NCBI GenBank assembly: GCA_013115125.1
Contig: JABANN010000002.1
Span: forward strand, 1 to 64,000
Source of the DNA: Perkinsus olseni
Taxonomy: Eukaryota
Length of the DNA: 64,000 nucleotides
Reading direction: 5' to 3'
The notes beneath the pieces were generated by a model, which had not been told where the DNA came from, searched no databases, and was given only the letters and a program-made list of their open reading frames with translations. Both the position numbers and the translations under genes were made by a program. Below, piece after piece: positions 14,301-24,240 of this stretch (the first letter of the stretch is position 1; each line of letters begins with the position of its first letter).

Positions 14301-14727
14301 CCTGAATCCTTATCAGTCATACGGAATCACACTGTCTCATCGTTCATGGCCTTTCATATTTCATTCTGTTGATCTTCCCGAGACGTCATCCATTGGTGGA
14401 TGTGTTTATATTCTTATCAGCATTAGATTTCCTCATGTTTGCTACATAGGTCAGACTCGTTCTATCCAACGGAGATTGCAAGAACACAATAGACGCCAGG
14501 GTTCTCTCTCTACACGAGATCCTTTACTCTTACCGTGGATTTGTGCTGGGATTATCACAGGTTTTGATGCGCCGAATAGTAGTTTTCATCGTGCATGCGT
14601 AGAGAGGATATGGCAGAGATTGAGACCTGCTTCAGCACAAGCTTCTGAAGTTCTTGATTTAGGCTCAAATGTTGCCCGGATGTATACTGAAAGGTCACTA
14701 GTTTTTCATCAATTCCTTTACATGTAG
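8329..14727 (+). CDS. RepHel transposase: HUH endonuclease + PIF1-like SF1B helicase + C-terminal GIY-YIG nuclease (5'-truncated)
   Basis: Rep motifs YFYTHT, RYEWQSDPHHAGNLPHTHG (HUH, ~10878-10935) and YIAKY. Helicase motifs GGPGVGKT (12940-12963), ILCIEE, PFGG..DPVQLPPI, YVAATVHRCMG, QIYTLFSRVR. GIY-YIG CVYILISIRFPHVCYIGQTRSIQRRLQEHN (~14400-14490). Intronless; no ATG at the listed start. Confidence 0.9.
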   Translation: MGGLIVAPQIVKPLVKRYNVNAYEVLKVTGSYSGMSSCMLQTRRRWDITSKLVADSERPPITCRQDVKNRLQHFVNEGSLPDVVGQDMEAYANLSEDEHRLVALCQESASKFEMSNLMDCRHICNKQLQNEQLYIDIDITDEQGDVETIEAKINLPWPVCLLETSSRACTMSPVSVKRETHDLRSFWIFSILLCNIPWLWILACNVVRDSSREHWLGHILRYIAVTFMKRKMKVVGKHNPYRQIWNKIALEKLLQDYLTYNGSFVESVTHYFSTIPSSDCCTCMMSEDSNLEDTLQKSHHRIIFLIRKKTRYFFPQEIPIYTQIGASFILRFIGYTNDQVYIDERRHNFRGECCTQTPCKPGEIMHYTSTNAVPTVLTVIPESIKKHWSLICYERTDIKTVAERRNDYLSQTYGSVGVRCYSHETPLMRDVPKSQFRCMFSNSDPNLDPCTRKSFARCITSACSVALCKRHFSALSESSQPVYVRGITQQTSDAASPSSEAMSDDDIYSHVRSMRNTGDSCEEPVDNDFFDAQSGITSTEDEALFSTSEGTSTSSHDSSSQASIDDLISNDPEVPNVTNTDAAACYYALVDPTNEKSSIPRHIILNLDSHVLRRTKNPIKGNISQRRFLQNIVSSEPGQSLPLINFEADIFPTIFYNQSFDGLFPGAIPQILYNSSRQNAVLGFSGIDEILRCRVKDGASLTGTDPRYVSHAFDVLINLELNTSDTRIVQSRGYEHLMGYYTHQPHESKMSFDSVDSRTRIAELAAFTKEDPQYFYTHTVSMRHHPGVCPIYLRAEELGLIDDDKDFTKARDMSIAVQLIRSSQRATKYVWEYILRSPELPCGKVRSLWYRYEWQSDPHHAGNLPHTHGLIKIEESRENAITSLERIVCSCSRLFSDKEHLFRIGLIESEEELEELKARAKRTQQHDCKACDYRCHKVIDKQGNTVCRTPLYPPSETYSFQEIKAPHSESAEELLIDLGLARRNTQTGDIIWNDQLIGGKYFYPADKNEHFIPTSSHLWALHRSQCNLLYCDRYRRSKYIAKYIAAADAKGSVFLKARTAKSAAVNEKHLPRNTELVVAVEKSHNFKQNRKEPHAASLKHQPVGRITPFTEIVFHILKLQTVCTNIQFLKIPTIPFENRSGVVTERYMGSSKYIRPVTDTFSGDMPECIRVRRALQLPEWRQHTVFQRTLFVDRSGSKISLDKITLFSLRPPELLIFGNVERFFSWFQRVSPGTSSFPAKPHDDLCRLIEAPFPKGYFVDMLGAIYLIRLACLQDCKVYVLHKLQTTQPSTLHSGGTELLNSLLIPLTSPQVEYSLLERFVVDTSKPIIVNSNITPMNQSKFLIHLALSLGEYQTELDLFLGPSIAHVFARCSLIDWDESQSIKRETVLPVLKRYVLEQLLYYPAGGTHTFDAFLVAAHAALKKGICGAGEITAIPGVLLKQLHDKATSDLLKLLHEKRISTVQASLAEVDLQYPTADQFIDASIVSPLAWSPTITASSSQSTLSTLEQNNVLRICTNYIDEYSSGAIGFTRFPVIVGGPGVGKTFLLTLLGLYGRSKGLQIIFTSLTAETSVKFGGAHIHYLLPIPIIHNKSTIDVDRLAEKTILSLGRNPLKTAYLRHIDILCIEELGLISAELIAVIDRCLRIVRKSSDPFGGICVLATMDPVQLPPIQGRPVLTSPIILTTFRLLQLKEYVRAASDMDLQRINEIGRIPNLHIFPDLIDEYCAIIDRRCVFVKTFDDIPHEILRVVGKRVAEQQAIKERDDYIRNNVPSQQQMLSIAVDIESTTEGLEWNSARRETIAILDKKCLEPSLLRLHIGMLVRLTLNDSIFRRFSQGQLAVVTKLPSQDHGPLSILVAPAGNRNLPRNGDYIRAGWHPVIITFPSVGRDVAIRQGVLGQRLQYSVKPYVAATVHRCMGNTLPSVCAQLSLLDRRHHLWLRAQIYTLFSRVRSLDNITLVGDRTETLAVIRTLLNKVQQYDEYIHIIMQNLDLNPYQSYGITLSHRSWPFIFHSVDLPETSSIGGCVYILISIRFPHVCYIGQTRSIQRRLQEHNRRQGSLSTRDPLLLPWICAGIITGFDAPNSSFHRACVERIWQRLRPASAQASEVLDLGSNVARMYTERSLVFHQFLYM

Positions 14728-16188
14728 CACTATTCAATCGAAGCCTACAGTCGAAGCCGTATGGATTACGTAATACTTGAAATACAATCCGATATAGTAG
14801 CTCTTCATTTTCTCGACACAGATCTTCGACTATTATTTCCGACTTGAGGTAGTACAATAGATTCTATAGTATGTTGCGATATCGTTACAGCTTGACAGAA
14901 GAATGAGTAAAACATTCTATTATTATGAGGAAATGTAAGCCACATACACTATTTAAAGAAAGTTATTTTTCTCAAATGTGTTTTTCAGGTTTAGTCATCA
15001 TATCATTTGAACATCTTCAACTGAAGCGTGGACTCCACGTCGTGGAGTAATATTCATTTTAGTAAAGAAGAGGCGCTTCCTCCTAATTTTGAAGCCCATG
15101 TAGTACTGCGCGATCAGAAGATTTCATCTTTTGAATTACCGATCTCAAGATGTTGAAATGAATAAGTCTTGTCTCTTTAGGTTGAGTGACAGTTGGCGAA
15201 CGATAACGTCTTACGAAGATCCTTTCCAAACAACGCGTTGGAACATTAGACGCGAGCAGATTTCGATTCTCTATGCGTATCTCAGAAACTATGTTTCTCA
15301 AACTTTTGTATTACAATTTCTTTTTCATGTAGCTTGCACAAAGCGGCCATATACAGATGATTTATGGAACCGTTATACATTCTTCAGAGGAATCTTTTAG
15401 TTATTTATATACCACGTATTCATTCATTGAAAGATGAGAAGAATATAGAGATGCTGATGATGGTATCTATCTCATTGTTGAACACCCAATCTAATCGAAG
15501 TTCATGCATCTACCTTCAAGTTACTATACTGCTGTGAATGTGGACACTGCAATCCATCACCGCTTAGGGCAATTATTCCCAGCGGTGCATTTTCGTGGAC
15601 ATACTATCAATCTTATATACATATTTATCAGATTTGACCTATAATGCATGGTCTCATGCAGGTAATGTACATCAATAATTCTTCATTCGACAAGTACAAT
15701 TCGTTTTCATATTTCAGGTCATGAATTCTTATTACAGTTCTTGCTGAACGTTATTGAAGGAAGTTGATACATAATGATCTATGATGAAGCGTGATTCGGC
15801 GATCAACTCCTATGTCAACGACGAGCAAGTTCAAGCCCAAATCTATTGTGATGACCACTACTCATGTCCGACATTTCCTCAACTATGCATAGCTCCACAT
15901 GATAGGTTATGCAGTACTTCAGATTGTTTGTTTCAACCGTTCCATATGTATGGATGAGATAGTGTCTCAGTATCTCAATCTGCTGTCTCCGACGAAGATG
16001 CACCAGAGTTAGCAGATTGAAATATGATGTATCCAGATTGACGATCGAGTGAGTGCATCCACTGAAGGTTGTCTGGATCGCATCATCATAATATTTCACG
16101 ATGAATACGAACGGTATATAGAAACCAGAAGTTTTCTCATTGTTTTGTACTTATCTATACCATCTACCATACACGATGTTTACTCCTC

Positions 16189-16224
16189 GCGGCCGGGGGG
16201 CCCCGCTTGCGGGGTTCCGGCCGC
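16189..16224. other. GC-rich stem-loop inside the transposon
   Basis: GCGGCCGG-GGGG-CCCCGC-TT-GCGGGG-TT-CCGGCCGC folds into a long stem in otherwise AT-rich DNA. Confidence 0.8.
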
Positions 16225-16682
16225 TTTTGGTTGTATGTCGTACAATTTCTGATAGTACTCAAATGAAGTTGTTGCGTTTTTCTGAGCGTTTCTCTCGGTC
16301 AGTGTTTTACTGTGATGTAATATGTAACCCGAATTTACCTAGTCTACTCGGCTTCAGCAATTTGATTTCAGCTAATTGGTTACTCGCACAGATGAAAGAA
16401 ATACGCTCGTTTCTCAACGTTGATTCATTATTGTGCCATAGCCGTTCACTCATCCTTGAATGCGTGATTTAGTATTGTCAAATTGAGTATCTTATGTATG
16501 TCATATACACTGAGCTTCACTTCAACGTGAAGCTCATATGGACTCCATATTGTAGGGTGTAAATTCAGTTCATTCCGAGCAATCATATTCAAATAACTCA
16601 ATAAAACAAGTTGATACGCTGAGCATCTCCTACTCGTTGGTCATGTATCAGTTCGTATTCGTTTGTTCCCTGGTCTACAAAA

Positions 16683-17855
16683 ATGTCCCTAGAAGTGGAA
16701 GATGTTGAAGCTTACCAAACTATTACTTTAGGCACTGTGATTCGAGGTGAGGCTTGCGACAAAACAAAGCTGCCTGTACGTATATTGAATATACGTAGAT
16801 CGGATAAAGGAAACCGGTTGTCTGTATTTACCTATAAGCGTGGATCGAACAAGGCAAGCCAAGTCTCAGCCGAATACGATCGTATGATCCTTTGCGGTGA
16901 TTTGACCAGTCATTTATGTGCTGTGATATTCTGCAGAACCGCCGCTGACACAAAAGCTCTTTTATCCGATGCTCTATTCAAGGTAGGAGATACAGTAGTA
17001 TTGCCAGAGCCGCGATTCTTGAACCAATATCTCGACGAAGGCCGCATGACTCCTGTACTAAGAGTGAAACATACGATACATAGGTTTACTCCAAGCAGTC
17101 CTCTACCTGCTATACCACTTCAAGTCCAAATGCCGTCATATTCTGGATTCTACTTACCGAATATTAGACTCAATTTCAGCAGTTTCAGGATATTATCGGC
17201 TTGCGGTGGAACATTATGTAACCGACTCCCACTGTCCCAAGGACCTGGCAACTGTGGATGTGTAACCAAGCCAGCCTTACCCGGCCTTGTATTGGAAGGA
17301 GATATTGATGTTGTTACTGGTAATGATGAGGGTGAGATCGAGACATATCTCAATGGCTCTATTGGTACAGGACTATCGTTCTCGGCTATCTTTCTGGACG
17401 AATATTGTCTTCGGGCTCATTCTTGGCAACATTTCAAACTCCGCGACATCAAGCAATGTTGTTCTTCAATACTCTCGCATATTGTGGGATGGAATATTGG
17501 AGGTTGGAGTAAACCAGCTGTTGAGACAGATGACTATAGTATTACAGAAGTTAGGCAATTCCACATTGTGCATCTCTCTCCAATCTACAAAGATGCTAAT
17601 CACGAAAATGAAGCCCATGAAGAACTATACCATCCACCACTAGTTCCACCAGTTGACGGTCATGTTGAAGGTGAGCCGTTATTGACGTCGTTTGAGGATA
17701 GTTTTGTGCGAATAATGCGCCTACCAATTCTGGCCCATTTTTCAAAATATGGATTTTTACTCCGTTTTTTCGAAATTCATCATTGCAAGCACTATTTCGG
17801 TAGAGTTCCTCCGAACGAAAAGTCACCAAGTCTCAATATCTCTCTTGACGATTAA
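16683..17855 (+). CDS. Transposon accessory protein, possibly OB-fold/Zn-ribbon ssDNA-binding (RPA70-like)
   Basis: 390-aa ORF with a beta-rich pattern (VRILNI..YDRMILCGD..AVIF..KVGDTVVL) and a Cys cluster CGGTLC..CGC. The fold assignment is inference. Confidence 0.55.
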   Translation: MSLEVEDVEAYQTITLGTVIRGEACDKTKLPVRILNIRRSDKGNRLSVFTYKRGSNKASQVSAEYDRMILCGDLTSHLCAVIFCRTAADTKALLSDALFKVGDTVVLPEPRFLNQYLDEGRMTPVLRVKHTIHRFTPSSPLPAIPLQVQMPSYSGFYLPNIRLNFSSFRILSACGGTLCNRLPLSQGPGNCGCVTKPALPGLVLEGDIDVVTGNDEGEIETYLNGSIGTGLSFSAIFLDEYCLRAHSWQHFKLRDIKQCCSSILSHIVGWNIGGWSKPAVETDDYSITEVRQFHIVHLSPIYKDANHENEAHEELYHPPLVPPVDGHVEGEPLLTSFEDSFVRIMRLPILAHFSKYGFLLRFFEIHHCKHYFGRVPPNEKSPSLNISLDD

Positions 17856-19186
17856 GACCAGCGCTCTTAGTGAGTCTCTAAATCGAAATTTTGCGCATTC
17901 TCGAATGTACCGCGTTCTATTTTCCAGGTCGTCCTTCTGCTCTTTATGGACGTGACGCACAACAGGACGAGATGGATATTCCTGCAGATAGTGATAACGA
18001 CAATATCAACGAGGAACATGTTGCAAGTAAAATATGAAAGCTGGTACAGATATTCCGAATCGTTTTACACTAATCATTACCCAATACGTAAGTATCATCT
18101 TAATCAATAGTAAGTGTTGTCATGTGATGGGAATAGTTATAATCTCATCCTTTGTGTTGCTAACTTCAATTCCAATATATATTATATAATCGGCAAGATT
18201 CACTTATAATAAATTTTCGTTGCATTATATCACTACTAGGACACTTTGGTATAACATATAAATACACTTATATGGTATAAGATACAAATTATATCTTCAC
18301 CACTCATGATTATTATTCACTGTGCGGCTTATAAACGATAACACTACTCAGTATAAAATATACATTGCAGGTATTCATCTCGTGCCCCGCCTCCCCGGGA
18401 GAAAAATTTACGCATCCTCTTTTCAACTTATTTCTGTATTCTTGGAATAATTTCTTTTCGTTCCACTGTTTCCGAATTACTTTAATTCGACCCCTTTCTT
18501 CTATTCATGTTGTCCTTTTTTAGTACCAACTTTCTAATTTGTAGGTACCTCTTCTAAGAGAAGAAGACACTGATACGATGCTTTCTTGCTCATCCAGCCA
18601 GCTACTCATGTTCTCAAGATCATCCGATTATTCTTGAACACAATGTGTTAAATACATTATATTGAGTGAAACGAATATGATCAGTAACAAGTTATGATAT
18701 CTTATCCAGACTGGATAGCTGTATAATGCAGTTATCTCATGACTCCCGTTGCCCACGTATCATTTCTGATTTATGCTTTCATACCGTTCATGGAGTAGAT
18801 TACGAATACCTTTTATTTCTTCGATGAGGTATCGTGTTTCGCAGTGCTCAATCTCTTCGTAATCTAACGGTCTCTTTCAACAGCCTTTTCATTATCGACA
18901 TATGAGTAATATTCTTACTAGAAGCAGATTCCTATACTCACCTTCTTACGTTGTTATACCCCATTGAAACATACTGAACCTCTCTTGTTCATGAGGCTTC
19001 CTGCTTTTCTTCTTCTTATGTCCTTTCTTGTTACACACTCGTTACTGTTTCTATTATCTAAGTCATAGTACACACATTACAACTTTCTGTGCACTCCTCT
19101 TCACTGAATGTTGTACCAACATTGCTGCTCATACATGTAAGACTATCCGGTTGTGCTCATCTCGCTTGTGTTCGCGCCCTAGGTCG

Positions 19187-20017
19187 TTGATTTTGGGTGG
19201 CCATAATGTTACTGATTTCGAATTCGCTATATCAAGGGCCGTGCACGTGGATAATGATTCAGCAATAATCGGGCTTTTCGGAATATCGATGGTGCCACGA
19301 AATCGACAACTCTTCAAACGGGCAGCCAACATGACAAGCGTGATGGAGGGCCTCCTGTATCACAATGTCATTGGACGCCTATCATACACTCTTCGAACCG
19401 ATATGAGACAAAGCTCTCCTCTCGCTCTTCTCTCCGCCCAACTCACGCTAGGTGATACGATAGATGTGTCCCAGAGGAGCAAGTATATCTCTCCAAAGCA
19501 TGTGGTGGACCCGATGACTGATCGAGCACTCACTGCCGTCTGGGTGTCGTCACTGAAGCTGCTAGACGAAGGGGGGCGACTTTTGGCGAAGAATGAACGT
19601 CTTACACACAGACACCCAAGCTCGTATCTATCCTTACTCGATACTGGAGCTAACCTCATCTTGCTGCCCCAGCCAAACGTACTCCACGACATCGTGCGTA
19701 AGCTCTGCATGAAGTTGAAGGAACAGAACTATACAGACGAAGAGATAGATTCGATGTGGTGGGCAAGAAACGGGCGCGTATTCGTTAAAGAGGAAGCGAT
19801 GAGGTTCCTGCCGGTGCTTAGCTTCCGATTGGGCGACGATGACGATTCTGTGAGGATCAAGATACCTCCAGAACATTACTGCTGCAGAATCGGAAAAGAC
19901 GTGGTACAACTAAGAGTGATGAGCGCGAACTTCGCATCACTAGGAGCACCATTATTCAAGGCATACAGCGTACACGTAGATCACACTGACCATAAGATAG
20001 CCTTACTGGAGAATTAA
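19187..20017 (+). pseudogene. Aspartic protease, 3' half
   Basis: ILGGHNV..GLFGI.. second catalytic motif LLDTGAN, IPPEHY, SLGAPLFKAYSVHVD. Frame intact to TAA. Confidence 0.85.
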
Positions 20018-21179
20018 TATATCATCAATAATATGCAGTATGATATTTACGAGAATGCCGTTGATGATAATGGTGACGAAGATGATGTTGTGATTTTTAT
20101 GACTCGACATTTGAGTTTTCAATCCGAGCGGGATCTGGTGGACGAATAAATCGGACTTTATGCTTCCGGCTGGCCAGTGATGCAGTTCTCTCATTCTATA
20201 CTAGCTGCCATAAGGGTTCTAAGCCAGCTACCTACACTTTGAGCGGGACCGGCCGAGTAAGATTGTGCTAGCAGGTGCAGGTTGATGCAGCGTGATTGCT
20301 TTCGCTGGCTCCGAGCGTAGAGATTGCGAGCCGGGTGATAGGACAAAATGGCACCCAAGATAACAGCTCGCGCCATATATCAGAGCTATGAAGTGAGCTG
20401 TTTTCAGCTGAGTACCAGACCCGAGTCAGTCAAATCAACGCTGGCTTCACGCGTCACGTGCGGCGCGTACCAAACCCACGACTAAAGCACTCACGAGGCA
20501 GTCGTCCTTAGGATCTTTAGCAAAGTGCGCGCACAGCGTGCGCTCATCGGGGAACCAATGGCATCTGCCAATGGCACTATGGCATCACGCCATAATCATT
20601 CCTTAGCTGCTAGCTCCGTCTGCTCCCGTGCACACAATGTTGCAGGCCCTCGCTGCGTCGTAGCTCGGAGCTACCTTGCACACGTACTGTAGGGCCTCGG
20701 TACTGCACTCGGATGAACAAGTCAATACTGTGAAACTGCCACTGCGGTTGGCACTGTCAGACCCTTGTAAACCAGCGTTAACACCGGCGGACTTCTTAGC
20801 AACACGAGGAGGCATATGGATCATCATCACTCGATGATGGATAACTTGATAAGACATTAAGAATAATAATCTCAATGATTGGGCAATGGACCGCAGCGTA
20901 AAGCACGCTGCGTGCTGCACGCATGCGCATGCGCATAGTGTTCCTCATCGGACGTGTCACGTCATCATAGTGTCCCAGGCACGTGTGTCACGTGACGTGA
21001 CATACGACTAAACTGAGAAAGGGGAATCAATGGCAATGCTCACTCATGATGTTGTGATCATGCCAGATGCACGGTATGACGTACCATGTATGTGCTATAT
21101 CGTATATTGCCTCAGAGTTCTTGACCGGCACGGGGGTCGAGCCTTTATACATAGCCTTCCAGATCATGATGATCTATTT

Positions 21180-22401
21180 ATCTCGCAAAGATAAAGGACT
21201 GTTGTCGAAATCAGAGTGCGAACTGATACTAGATAGTATCTGGTAGACACCAGCCCACACGGGAAATCCGAGTCCGATTAGAGCCAGGTCTTGGTTATCG
21301 GGCTCAGGTTGCGTTGAAATCTCCAATGCTAGCTCAGCACCGACAAAAGTACCCATTCTCGCCTCACGGCGAGAATGGCCAATCGGGTCACTATGGCCTT
21401 GATGTGTTCGATGGACATTGGTATGAAGAAACGTTTGGGAGAGGCTCTTGTAAGAAACGCGGCGCGGGCTGTTACTTCTGCCCCGAGGACGCGCCGTGTA
21501 ACTTCGGAGGGAATGATTCCGTATCAACAGTGACCTTTGTGTCTGGCAAGGCTGTGCAAACCATATATCGCTCTGGCTCGCTCGCTCTGGGTGGTCATAT
21601 CGTGTCTGATATACCCTTTAGCGTTTGCAGAGTTTTGGACGTGAACAATTACGCCAAGCCATTCGGACATTTCGGAATATAAATGATGCCGGAGATCTCC
21701 GAGCACTTCCAGCACCCACCTAATATGAAAAGCCTGATGGAGTTCCTCATGTACCGCAACCTCGTCGGACGTCTGTCGTACACTCTCCGGACGAATACGA
21801 CACAGAGTTCTTAATTTATTTCCGGTGAAATCACGTTCGGTGATACGCTAGACGAGTCTGAGGCGACGAAGTACATTCATCCAGAGTTCATAAGTAGCCC
21901 TGAAAGTCAACGAGCATTTGCTACGGTTTGGGTGTCATCGTTGTATGTGTTGGGCGCAACTTCTTGAAGACGAAAGGTTACCCGCTCTCACATCCCAACC
22001 CATACATGTCCATCGCGGACACGGGAGCTGATGGCATCTATCTGCCTCGGCTTGGGTTACTCAACGGTATCGTGAAGAAGCTCCAGAAGGGACTGAAGCA
22101 AAAGGGCTACGCAGATGAGAGGATAAATCGGATGTGGTGGCGAGGAGTCAGGTTTCTGCACGTGAAAGACGAAGCTCTGAGCTCTTTACCAGTTTTGGAG
22201 TTCCGATTGGGTAACGGAGGCAATTCTACGAGGCTCAAGATACGACCGAAGCATTACTGTACCGATAAAGGAAATGGAACATCACAACTCAGGATAAGGG
22301 AGACGAAGTTTCCCACGCTGGGGACCCCACTTTTCCGGACATACAGTATCCACGTGGATTATACTGAGCACAGAATAGCTCTACTCGAGAATCAACCATG
22401 A
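21180..22401 (+). pseudogene. Aspartic protease paralogue, disrupted
   Basis: DGHWYEETFG..GCYFCP (~21410-21485), premature TAA at 21680-21682, further stop/frameshift near 21810-21960, then IADTGAD..IRPKHY..TLGTPLFRTYSIHVD. Confidence 0.8.
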
Positions 22402-23400
22402 CATCGTCAATGAATGAGATTTCATTATAAGAGTCGCCCTCCATGATGTTGATGATGTTTACGATATTGTATGTGCATTTGGACCCCGTGCCCGTTGCGT
22501 CTGAGATCTTGACCCGATACGGGACGCAGCGTCGTGGATGCGACGATCAACGCTGATCGCATCAACGCTACCTCCCGCGACTCAGGCTCGTGCGCCGCAG
22601 TTTTCTCACGGTTTAATAAAGAATCCCGACTAACGACCATAATCGACACCTTAATTCGCGGATTTTGATGCCAGCCTAGAAGGCGATTGAAGCTCGCTTA
22701 TTGTCACTACCGCTGACCAACGGGGGCCGTACTACACCAGGAACCATGATTGTTCAACCCACTCTCAAACTTTTATCGACCTTAGGAGAGCTCTCCCTCT
22801 GTACGAAGGGATCGGACATTCAGCGAGAGAATAATTGGAGAGGGCAGCTTTGAAGTGCATTTCATGTGAATCCGCTCAGCAACTCTGTAGCAGGCCTTAA
22901 TTGAGGTTGCCGTCTGCATGAAGATGTGAGCGACATTCTGCGACCTCGTCAAGGCATCAAGGTCTCGGATCATCGATGAGGAGGTATAGCGAATATACGA
23001 CTGTCCCTATGTGGACCCGGTATAAGATGTAATTTTCGGGCCAGCCGCTTCGCTTCTAGTGGTTCGGTCCTGGACGTGGGTTCTGCAATCCTAGCATGGC
23101 ATGTCTTCGGCTACCGAACGGTTCTATGGCGCACTTCACGTTTCAGCTCGAGAATATCTTCCAGCGCTTGAATGCCGTACGGTAGCGGGAAATGTGTTTG
23201 CCACCCAGATGACACATGAGAGTCCGAAAATTCGGACCAAAAGAGACGACGACCCATCGCCGATGACATCGGGACTAGATCTGAAATATCTCCGACAATA
23301 TGGTTGCTAGGAGTGCTTGCCGAGTCTAACTCGCGAGTCTGACACGGAGTTTTCGGAGTCTCACTCCATGACTCGGCGAGTCAGCTCGTGCTTACCGCAG

Positions 23401-24240
23401 CAACACCTGTGCTCTCTCCGGGCAGAAGCAGCAACCAGTCCGCGCACGGGCCTTCCCAGTATGTTCTCTCGTACCAATGGCCATCGATTCAATTAATATC
23501 GTGGTAGCCAGAGCCAGAAGGAGAGGAGAACTACACTACGCCGTATAACTTCGATGAGCCCATAAGAAGGACCACGTTCTCGGGCAAACGACTTTGGGAA
23601 GCGTACATCGTTCTGGCTCAGTGATCTTGGGCGGCCACGATGTAGCCGGCATCGTTTCCAGCATTTCTAGGGCCGTACACGTAAACAACGATTGTAGAAT
23701 CGACGGCTTGTTTGGAATATCTGAGTTGCCGAAGGGCCCGAAGGGTCCAAAGGCCGGCATGCAGAACCTAACGGAGGGTTCAGTCGTATTGGCGGCAGAG
23801 TTCAAACTACATCCGAGGCGAACTCACGCTCGGCGATACGATAGACGAAAATCCGACCACGGGGTTTTAGAGCACGCGAATGAGTTATTCGGAATTACGC
23901 GGGGAGTGGCCGAGTGTTTACTGACGTCCGTATGTCATTCATGGAGGTCTCAGACGGGGAAAAAGATTTTACAATGAGGAAATACTCCGCACACTAATTT
24001 CCCTACCTGCCTCGTATCGACACGGGAGCAGACTGCATCTGTCTCCCACGGCCCACCTTACTCTAAGGAGATCGTGAACGAGTTCCGGATTAGATTGAAG
24101 GAGAGGAAGTTGTCGGAGGAGAAAATAAGTCAGATGTGGGGACTGGGCCGCGGATTTTTATATGCCGAGAAAGAAGCTCTGACAGAGCTGCTCTGTGCTC
24201 ATTGCCGGTTCTGAGATTCCGACTGGGCGAGGTGGGGAAT
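23401..24240 (+). pseudogene. Aspartic protease paralogue, heavily degraded with an inverted segment
   Basis: HRSGSVILGGHDV..DGLFGI, ELTLGDTID and DTGAD fragments on +; the DGHWYERTY..GCCFCPE segment lies on the minus strand at 23401-23527. Confidence 0.75.

Larger units (their letters stand above)
8307..19186 (+). mobile_element. Helitron-like (rolling-circle) transposon, ~10.9 kb
   Basis: Visibly AT-richer block between two in-register halves of one protease gene (HRSET/SL + ILGGHNV; paralogues read HRSGSVILGGHDV and YRSGSLALGGHIV). Encodes a RepHel protein. Exact ends are ambiguous by a few bp. Confidence 0.88.

Noticed and set aside
19028-19186. N-terminal 53 codons of the 329-aa ORF
   Set aside because: Transposon end sequence that happens to be in frame with the protease 3' half; begins at TTG, not a credible start.
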